From an uncultured Chloroflexia bacterium (GTDB lineage: Bacteria > Chloroflexota > Ktedonobacteria > Ktedonobacterales > JADMIN01): 32,000 bases of DNA. Below, piece after piece: positions 23,745 to 30,730 of the stretch. The stretch lies in NCBI GenBank assembly GCA_963718915.1, contig CAVRAI010000004.1, forward strand, positions 990,001 through 1,022,000, in the 5' to 3' direction. Both the position numbers and the translations under genes were made by a program. The first letter of the stretch is position 1. Each line of letters starts with the position of its first letter. Below the pieces are notes generated by a model. The model was not told where the DNA came from. It saw nothing but the letters and a program-made list of their open reading frames with translations, and did no database searches.

Positions 23745-25895
23745 TCAGTTGCATTGCGAGGCGCCCAAACCCAGGTATGACCGGAGTGTCTGGAACCATA
23801 GCGCATTGATCGCCACGGAACCGACGCTGCTTGGATGCAGCCCATCTGGCCCCAGATAGTTAGGATGCGCGCGTACCAGAGAGTAGAGATCAGGGCCGGG
23901 GATCAGGTTGTTCGCTTTCGTGACTTCATCAATAACTTGATTCAACCGCTGGACCTCAGCATCCAGTCCTGGCTGGTTGTGATATGTCGTGTATGGGATA
24001 TGCGCCAGTATTGGAACGTCGCCGTGTTGAAGGATTGCTGTTACCAGGGTCTGCATGTTGGCGTGAAATACATCTGCTGAGACATCGTTGAGGGCGTCAT
24101 TCGACCCCCACCCAAGCAGCCAGTAGTGCATGTCGGGAAGCAGTGACTGCCAGGTGGCGATTTGCTCCACTGCGCCATCGGAAGTCTGGCCGCCGAAGCC
24201 GCCGTCGATCATGAGTGGATAGTGTTTGGGTGCGCAGAGTAGCATGTCTTCCGCGAATGATGGCATGTTCTCAGCATATCGGTTGTAAGACATGCCAGTA
24301 ATCGAATCACCAGAGAAGAAGAAGGTATCTGCGCCAAGGTTCTTTGCATCGAAAATCTCTACTTCATCGATGCGCACAAATGGTTGGCTGGGGTGCGGCT
24401 GCCCTGAGAGGACTGTCATGCGTATCCAGGACATTCCCGCAAAATTAATGAGATGTTCGCGTGCCCGCGCATGATTTCCTGTCACAGAAGCTACCGTCTG
24501 CCAGGTACCATCGCTGCCTGTGGTGCTGTTGTTCGAGACTTCGATGTCATAATCTTGCGGCGCCATCGACGTAGGATCAGTGTAGTCAAATGAGTAGTCG
24601 CTAAACCAGGCAAGCACAACACTACTTGCTTTGCTCGGCAACTGGAAGGCGCACGATCCGGGCAACGAGTTTGTCGCTAGTTCCCAGAAACCCCATGCGC
24701 CAAATTTACCGTCGGTCAGCGCATCTGTTCCACCCGGCCCGGTATTATTCGAGGAACACATGATAGTTGCGCCTTGTGAGAGTAGCGTTGGCCCGGATGA
24801 AACCGTAGGTGAGCCTGGAGTGGGCTTGTATTGTTTGATCAATGAGACGAGCGCGTCGAACTGAGGCTTTGCGAGCCCAGTCTTTACATCGAACATATCC
24901 AGCAGACCGTAACCACCATAACTTGCCGCATCGAACTGACAGGCGAATGCCACGCCTCCATCAATCATCGACTTGATTGCGGCAACGGTGAATTTTGTGA
25001 TGAAGTTGGCGTCGCTGCCATAGGAAGGAGGGGGATTTCTGGGATCGTAGTTCCATTCGGTAAATCCAATGGGTAGATCTTTGCCCAGGATGCTCTTGAT
25101 AAATCCACGCACTTTCTGGGCAGTGCTGGCGTAGGTAGAGGCGCTTGCGAGGCATGTCTGCTCATCCATATGCCAGCAGGGGTAGTAGTGGATGCTGATC
25201 GCATCTGGGAGCACACCCGAGGCTCTCACACCCTGTAAGAAGCGCGGGAGATAGTTGTCGAAACCGGTGGCATTGATGACGCCTGGGCCGATAAACTTCG
25301 CGCTAGGGTTGATTTGGCGCAGCAGTGGGATGGTCTTATTCCAGGCAGACATATATTGTTCAAACGAAGGTCCGTAGTAGTCTGGCTCATTACCGAACTC
25401 GTAGAGCTGGCAGCGATTGCCAAAATAGGAGACTACGTGCTCATTGAAGGTCGTGTTGCTGACGTTTGTCAAGACAGCGAGGCACTGCGCCCCGATATTC
25501 TCGATTGTTTTGATGCGCAGTTCGAGTGTTGCGTCATCGGCATTGTCTGGAATAAACGTGCGCACCAGTGTGAATCCAGCGTTGCGCAGCGCGAGCTGAA
25601 TCGACGGCATAGTTTGAAGGTTCTGATCTGACCATTCATAGCTGTCGTTGGTGCCAAACAGGAACGATGATGCTCCGCTGTTCCAAATCTGCGATCCGGG
25701 GAGCGCGCCTGGCGGTGGAGTTGGCGCTGCCACTGCTGCAGGAGCCGTAGGGAGCGCTGGAGCGGCAGAGGTGCGCGCGGTTGACGAGGGGGTGGATGGC
25801 CATGCAAGCCATCCTGCGGCCACTACTAACAATAACGCGGTGATTGTGCGCCCAAGCGGCAACCAGTGCCGAGCAAACATAAAAATGCGGTCCAT
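23745..25895 (-). CDS. Secreted three-domain enzyme: clan GH-A glycoside hydrolase, discoidin/CBM32-like domain and SGNH esterase
   Basis: N-terminal signal/anchor ITALLLVVAAGWLAW and an Ala/Pro linker. The TIM-barrel GH motifs are YEFGNEPD (acid/base, residue about 170) and IGFTEWNY (nucleophile, residue about 280). A discoidin-like segment spans roughly residues 385-520 (TDALTDGKFGAWGFW ... DYDIEVSNN..GTWQTVA...SWIRMTVL). SGNH blocks are FFFSGDSITG, GGFGGQT, GWGSNDAL and PDGLHPS. Confidence 0.75.
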   Translation of the reverse strand: MDRIFMFARHWLPLGRTITALLLVVAAGWLAWPSTPSSTARTSAAPALPTAPAAVAAPTPPPGALPGSQIWNSGASSFLFGTNDSYEWSDQNLQTMPSIQLALRNAGFTLVRTFIPDNADDATLELRIKTIENIGAQCLAVLTNVSNTTFNEHVVSYFGNRCQLYEFGNEPDYYGPSFEQYMSAWNKTIPLLRQINPSAKFIGPGVINATGFDNYLPRFLQGVRASGVLPDAISIHYYPCWHMDEQTCLASASTYASTAQKVRGFIKSILGKDLPIGFTEWNYDPRNPPPSYGSDANFITKFTVAAIKSMIDGGVAFACQFDAASYGGYGLLDMFDVKTGLAKPQFDALVSLIKQYKPTPGSPTVSSGPTLLSQGATIMCSSNNTGPGGTDALTDGKFGAWGFWELATNSLPGSCAFQLPSKASSVVLAWFSDYSFDYTDPTSMAPQDYDIEVSNNSTTGSDGTWQTVASVTGNHARAREHLINFAGMSWIRMTVLSGQPHPSQPFVRIDEVEIFDAKNLGADTFFFSGDSITGMSYNRYAENMPSFAEDMLLCAPKHYPLMIDGGFGGQTSDGAVEQIATWQSLLPDMHYWLLGWGSNDALNDVSADVFHANMQTLVTAILQHGDVPILAHIPYTTYHNQPGLDAEVQRLNQVIDEVTKANNLIPGPDLYSLVRAHPNYLGPDGLHPSSVGSVAINALWFQTLRSYLGLGASQCN

Positions 25896-25904
25896 GCTAC
25901 CTGC

Positions 25905-26947
25905 CTATCCAAGATGCTTGTACAGAATGCCTCCCAGGGTAGATGCAACGGGCAGAGGAAGACGTTTCCAACATGCTGTCAATACCTGATATTTACGGCT
26001 TGTCTCAGAGGTCGATGCCAGACCAGCCACCTGTGGCCAATAGTAATATGGCAATGGCTCTGCGGTGGCCCCCCATTTGCGCTTGTATTCCATGAGACCA
26101 AGATTGTCCCGCGCGGTTCGCCCCATGTCGAAGATTTGATAGCCCTTACTTGTTGCCCAGGTAATTGACTCCCACATCAGGAGGTTGTTTGGCGCCAGGT
26201 GGAGCGCGTGCTCTTCGGAAGCGCCGTAGGCATACCGTACGGTATCGCCTGAGGCGAAGAGCACCATGCCGGCGATGGTTCTCCCCTCATGCTCGGCAAA
26301 GAGCACCTGCACTGTGCCATCCGCGCCGAAACGATCCCACAGGCCGCGAAAGAAGGCGCGGGGTTGTGCTGGCATGCCGTGTTTGCCCGAGCGTGTGCCG
26401 ACATGCAATCGGTGGTAGGTGTCCATATCTTCGCGCTGCTGGGCGAAGCGGATAGTGACACCCATCTTGCGCGACTTCTTCACCTGGCGTTGCACTGGTT
26501 TCTGCACGCCTGACCAGAGACTCGCTTCATTTGAAGCCAATCCCAGCCGCCAACTGACGAAGTTGTCAGTGGCGACGAAATCATCGCGCCCTTCGAGAAG
26601 CGCTGACGAACCAGTACGCAACTCGACATAACGCGCGCGTTGCTTTTCCCTAGCTCAATGGCCTGGTCAACCAGTCGGTGTGCGGTCGCGCTGTCCGCAG
26701 CAACCAGCGGGCAGGTGTCCGAAAATGGGAGTGAGACGATCCGACGCCCAGTGAGTGGACTGGTCAAGGCGCACACTGGCAGGTAGCCCTGAAGCGCTCC
26801 GTCGCTACTATGTGCCTCAAGCCGCGTTACGGTGAAACCATAGGTTGACTGGATCAGGTCGAGCCAGCGCTCGTCTGTATAAAACCCATTGCCACGTGGA
26901 GCGTGAGCAGACTGAACCTGGCTGATTTCCTGCACAGAAACCTCCAA
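25905..26947 (-). pseudogene. FemAB-family / GNAT-fold aminoacyl(acyl)transferase, reading frame broken at a (CG)4 tract
   Basis: The N-terminal part is ORF 26480..26947, with TTG start 26947 and AGGAGG 7 nt upstream. The C-terminal part is ORF 25905..26621. The second frame is open upstream to about 26650 (AREKQRARYVELRTGSS). Removing one CG from CGCGCGCG (26632-26639) yields a continuous ...AIELGKSNARYVELRTGSSALLEG... ORF of about 346 aa. The FemAB-like core is VLFAEHEGRTIAGMVLFASGDTVRYAYGAS...NNLLMWESITWATSKGYQIFDMGRT. Confidence 0.7.
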
Positions 26948-26986
26948 AATCGTGCCTCCTGCACATGCGACTAACCGTACAACGTG

Positions 26987-27973
26987 TTATGCGATTTGCC
27001 GCTTGCGGAGTGATGCCTCGGCAGCGGTGAGCAGCCGCACGACTTCCAGCCCGATGCGACCGTTTGCTTCAGGCTGATCGCCAGTGCGAATTGAGCGCGC
27101 AAAGTCTTCGCACTCGAGGCGCAGCGGTTCCATCCATTCGATGTGGGGAATCGTGATAGCGCCATGGCGGTACGACACGATAGGATCAACACCGCGATCC
27201 GCGCCCTTATTGAAAATCTTGAGCATCTCGGCGGGATTGGTATCATCATAGATCGCCATGCGCTTGTCGCCGATAACCGTCACTCGTCGAACTTTGTCCG
27301 GGTGCAACCAGCTGACGTGGATATGTGCGGTCGTGCCGCAGTCATATTCGAGATTCAAGTGGGCAACATCGTAAATGGTAGGGTGCAGATGCGCGTGTGC
27401 GTGCGCTTCGATCCGCGACGGCGACTTACCCAGCAACGAAAGCAAGATAGAGGCGTCATGCGGGGCGAGATCCCAGATGACATCAATATCGCTTCGGAAC
27501 AGCCCGAGATTCAGTCGCTCAATTTCCACACAATAGATGTCGCCAAGTTCACCGTCCTGAATCAACTGGCGTAGTTCCCTGACCGCCGGGCTGTATTGGA
27601 ATGTGTGCCCAACCATCAAGATCAGGTTCTCCTGCTCTGCCAGCGCAATGAGCTCCTCCGCCTCGGCGACGCAGGCTGTTAGCGGCTTTTCTACAAGCAC
27701 ATGTTTGCCATGGAGTAGCGCCTTCTTTGCCAAGTCGAAGTGGGTGGAAACCGGGGTGGCGATGACGACAGCATCGACATCCGAGTTGAAGACATCCTCG
27801 ATCCGCTCGGTGATCTTGATCCAGGGGCGCTCATCTTTCGCCTTTTTCAGCGCAAGCGGATTCAGATCGGCTACGATCTCCAGCGAAGCTTGCGGGAGTG
27901 ATTCGAGGTTACGTGCGAGCTTTGGACCCCAATATCCCAAACCAATCAATCCGAATCGCAATTGTTGCATCAT
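26987..27973 (-). CDS. Gfo/Idh/MocA-family NAD(P)-dependent sugar oxidoreductase (WbpB/WlbA-like)
   Basis: The N-terminal Rossmann segment is LRFGLIGLGYWGPKLARNL, and EKPL and MVGHTFQY strings follow. The preferred start is ATG 27973 (MMQQLRFG...); the tracked GTG is 27994. Confidence 0.8.
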   Translation of the reverse strand: MMQQLRFGLIGLGYWGPKLARNLESLPQASLEIVADLNPLALKKAKDERPWIKITERIEDVFNSDVDAVVIATPVSTHFDLAKKALLHGKHVLVEKPLTACVAEAEELIALAEQENLILMVGHTFQYSPAVRELRQLIQDGELGDIYCVEIERLNLGLFRSDIDVIWDLAPHDASILLSLLGKSPSRIEAHAHAHLHPTIYDVAHLNLEYDCGTTAHIHVSWLHPDKVRRVTVIGDKRMAIYDDTNPAEMLKIFNKGADRGVDPIVSYRHGAITIPHIEWMEPLRLECEDFARSIRTGDQPEANGRIGLEVVRLLTAAEASLRKRQIA

Positions 27974-28058
27974 CAAGGCACCATCCTCATTCACTCATTC
28001 GGCCCCTATTGCCGAGATTGTCATCGACGCGCCATCTCACCGCAAACTCTTCGCGTCA

Positions 28059-29174
28059 TCAATGGGTCGGTGTTGGAGTCAACACATCGACCAGGGCATC
28101 GCATACCTGCTGAATTTGTTCGTCGGTTAGCTCCGCGTACATAGGAAGGGAGAGAATTCGCTCGGCGGCTGCTTCGGTGACGGGGAGCGAACCGGGGGCG
28201 TAGCCGTATGTTTGGCATGCCGGCTGAAGGTGGAGCGGAATTGGATAATGGACGCCGGTCAGAATGCCCCGTTCGGTGAGTAGATTACGAACGCGATCGC
28301 GGTTTGGTACCTCGACCACATACACATAAAAGGCATTTTGCGCCCATGGCGCCGATTCGGGCGTCGAAGCGACAACACCGCGCAGTTTGTCAGTGTAGGA
28401 CGCCGCATGTTCCCGCCGCTCCTCATTCCAGCGATCCAGATAGGGGAGCTTGATTCGCAGAATCGCCGCCTGAATCTCGTCCATTCGCCAATTGGCGCCC
28501 ATGACCTCATGTTCGTAACGTACGCGCGAGCCGTGGTCACGCACCACGCGCATCCGCTCAGCCAGGTCGGGATTGTTGGTGACGCAGATGCCAGCTTCAC
28601 CGTACGCTCCGAGGGTCTTGCTGCAGTACAGACTGAAGCAGCCGATATCGCCGATGCCACCGATGGGGCGTCCCTTATAGGTAGCGCCGTGTGCCTGTGA
28701 GGCGTCCTCAATGACGCGCAGCCCATGTTTGCGGGCGATGTCGAGGATCGGATCCATGTCGGCGGGATGCCCAAAAAGATGTACTGGCATGATTGCCCGT
28801 GTCTTTGGGGTAATAACTCGCTCGATGTCATGCCAATCTATGGTGTAGGTGTCGGGGTCGATATCGACAAAAACTGGGGTTGCCCCTACCATTGCGATGG
28901 CTTCAACGGTGGCGATGAAGGTGTTGGCCACTGTAATGACTTCATCACCCGTCCCAATCTCGCAGGCACGCAGCGCCAACGCGAGCGCATCGGTGCCATT
29001 GGAGACACTCACGCTATCGAGACTTTCGCAATACTGCGCGAACTCGCGTTCGAACGCCAGCTGCTCCGGACCTAAATAGAGTGACATCCCGTCGAGCACT
29101 CGTTCAATAGCCGCGAGTACGTCGGGCTTGATCGTCTGATATTGAGCCTTGAGATCAACTAATGGAACCGTCAT
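28059..29174 (-). CDS. DegT/DnrJ/EryC1/StrS-family PLP-dependent sugar aminotransferase (WbpE/WlbC-like)
   Basis: Strings VPLVDLKAQY, SNGTDALALALRA, HLFGHPADMD and DASQAHGA. The PLP-lysine context is CFSLYCSKTLGAYGEAG. The preferred start is ATG 29174; the tracked TTG is 29183. Confidence 0.85.
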   Translation of the reverse strand: MTVPLVDLKAQYQTIKPDVLAAIERVLDGMSLYLGPEQLAFEREFAQYCESLDSVSVSNGTDALALALRACEIGTGDEVITVANTFIATVEAIAMVGATPVFVDIDPDTYTIDWHDIERVITPKTRAIMPVHLFGHPADMDPILDIARKHGLRVIEDASQAHGATYKGRPIGGIGDIGCFSLYCSKTLGAYGEAGICVTNNPDLAERMRVVRDHGSRVRYEHEVMGANWRMDEIQAAILRIKLPYLDRWNEERREHAASYTDKLRGVVASTPESAPWAQNAFYVYVVEVPNRDRVRNLLTERGILTGVHYPIPLHLQPACQTYGYAPGSLPVTEAAAERILSLPMYAELTDEQIQQVCDALVDVLTPTPTH

Positions 29175-29220
29175 ACGTTGCAACCCCCCAATTCACCGCA
29201 TCACATCTTTGCGAGGCGAC

Positions 29221-29257
29221 GTAGATACATGGCGGTGGTGGAGTGCCATGCATCTAC
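29221..29257. promoter_or_regulatory. Imperfect 12-bp inverted repeat / hairpin H1
   Basis: GTAGAT-A-CATGGC (29221-29233) pairs with GCCATG-C-ATCTAC (29245-29257) across an 11-nt loop GGTGGTGGAGT. It lies 47-83 nt upstream of the aminotransferase ATG. Confidence 0.5.
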
Positions 29258-29271
29258 GCCGTTCTCCACTA

Positions 29272-29327
29272 GGCTACCGTAAGGCCAAGTGTGTGTGGGT
29301 ACTTGGTGCTGTGCAATTATGGTAGCC
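29272..29327. promoter_or_regulatory. Nested hairpin H2
   Basis: The outer stem is GGCTACC (29272-29278) / GGTAGCC (29321-29327). The inner stem is CCAAGT (29285-29290) / ACTTGG (29301-29306), closing a GT-rich loop GTGTGTGGGT. Confidence 0.45.
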
Positions 29328-29333
29328 CTCACA

Positions 29334-29375
29334 ACCAGCCTGTGCAGGAACGCTCACCGGCTTCAGATGGCTGGT
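29334..29375. promoter_or_regulatory. Hairpin H3
   Basis: ACCAGCC (29334-29340) pairs with GGCTGGT (29369-29375) across a 28-nt loop. Confidence 0.35.
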
Positions 29376-29473
29376 GTTGTGCCCTCTACTTCTCACCCGA
29401 ACTAGCACACAAATCACCACCCTGTTCGTACAACTTCTTCACCTCAGGCGTGCAGACTGAGTTGTGTATGAAC

Positions 29474-29491
29474 CGTGATGGGAACGTGATG
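29474..29491. repeat. Direct repeat CGTGATG x2 with 11-bp period, just upstream of the priming transferase ribosome-binding site
   Basis: Copies at 29474-29480 and 29485-29491, each in an AAC(C)GTGATG context. The SD GGAGGG is at 29508-29513 and the ATG at 29519. Confidence 0.45.
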
Positions 29492-29518
29492 TGAGGGTGC
29501 GGACAACGGAGGGTTGCT

Positions 29519-30196
29519 ATGGTCGCCCAGGAAGTTTTGGTCAGAGATGACATTAGCATTGAGGGCCGCTATTTGCGCCTCAAGCGAGCAACGGATATCG
29601 TTCTCACGGTGATCGCGCTGATTCCTCTTAGCATGGTCATGCTGGTGACGGCGATTATCATCCGTCTCGACTCTCCTGGCCCGGCGATCTATAGGCAGAC
29701 ACGCTACGGGGTCAACGGCACGCGATTCACGTTCTACAAGTTCCGGTCGATGTACCAGAACGTCGCCAGTGATGTGCATGAGAAAGCTACTGCTACCTTT
29801 ATGGATGGGGCAGGCGAGCTGAATCATAGCGATAAGAACATGCCCTATAAGCTGGGTGACGACTCGCGAGTTACACGAGTTGGCAGGTTCATACGCAAAA
29901 CGAGTATTGACGAACTGCCCCAGTTGTGGAATATAGTGAAGGGCGACATGTCCATCGTTGGACCTCGTCCTCCAGTTGAGTACGAGATCAGGCGCTACAG
30001 TGCGCGACATTTCCTTCGCCTGGCTGGCAAGCCCGGTCTGACAGGTACCTGGCAGGTGTTCGGGCGCGGCCGGGTGACCTTTGAAGAAATGATCGACCAA
30101 GATATTAGTTACCTGGAGACGCAATCACTGCTCTACGACCTCAAGCTGATGGTTCTGACTGTTCCAGTTATGATTACCGGCAGGGGCGGAGCGTGA
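29519..30196 (+). CDS. Bacterial sugar transferase (small monotopic phosphoglycosyl transferase, PglC/WbaP-C-terminal type); priming enzyme
   Basis: KRATDIVLTVIALIPLSMVMLVTAIIIRLDSPGPAIYRQTRYG is the re-entrant helix. FTFYKFRSM, DELPQLWNIVKGDMSIVGPRP and PGLTGTWQV follow. The antisense ORF 29444..30124 is a shadow. Confidence 0.9.
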   Translation: MVAQEVLVRDDISIEGRYLRLKRATDIVLTVIALIPLSMVMLVTAIIIRLDSPGPAIYRQTRYGVNGTRFTFYKFRSMYQNVASDVHEKATATFMDGAGELNHSDKNMPYKLGDDSRVTRVGRFIRKTSIDELPQLWNIVKGDMSIVGPRPPVEYEIRRYSARHFLRLAGKPGLTGTWQVFGRGRVTFEEMIDQDISYLETQSLLYDLKLMVLTVPVMITGRGGA

Positions 30197-30622
30197 GAGC
30201 CTGATTTTCCTCAGTTGATAAGCTGTTGTGCGCGTAGTGTTTGTCCCGTGTAGACACCTGGATCGATAATTCTCCGCTCAGACACAGTTGCTAACTCTCC
30301 GGGAGCCATGAGTTGGTAACTGATCCAGATACGCAAACAGGACTAATTTGTGTGATGTCCGTCGCAAACTGTTCCCAAGAGTGTGGCCATGTGGGCGCTT
30401 GACCGTTATAACATAGTGGATGAGGAAATGTGCCTGCCCTAGGTTCTTCCCCAAGCGTCACCGGTGTCAATGTCCTCGGTGAGACACTATGTTGTGCGAT
30501 GGGTTCAAGAAACGTCCTCAGATGCCAGACGCAACGCCGCTTCCTGGAATCAGCATCAGTTTCTGCTTTCCCGCAGGAGCATTGAGCAGGTTTTCCCATT
30601 CACCTTCAACATTCCAGCGCAC

Positions 30623-30654
30623 CCTGGGCAACTCGCTCCATGACGTTGCCCAGG
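30623..30654. promoter_or_regulatory. Perfect 10-bp inverted repeat CCTGGGCAAC / GTTGCCCAGG
   Basis: Arms at 30623-30632 and 30645-30654 with a 12-nt spacer. It lies 77-108 nt upstream of the response-regulator ATG. No U-run follows on either strand. Confidence 0.5.
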
Positions 30655-30730
30655 CATGGAAGCCTTCTGGGAACAGGATGTACGTTCATGCAGTATGTCT
30701 AATTAGTAAGCGACCGCAGTGGAGGGCGAG

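Noticed and set aside
29444-30124. 226-aa ORF antisense to the sugar transferase
   Set aside because: The plus-strand frame carries unmistakable bacterial sugar transferase motifs. The antisense product has no recognisable features.
8617-30196. Calling the locus a PEP-CTERM/exosortase system
   Set aside because: Several gene families resemble those I recall from such loci. However, no exosortase, no EpsI-type protein and no PEP-CTERM substrate is present in the window. Only the resemblance is reported.
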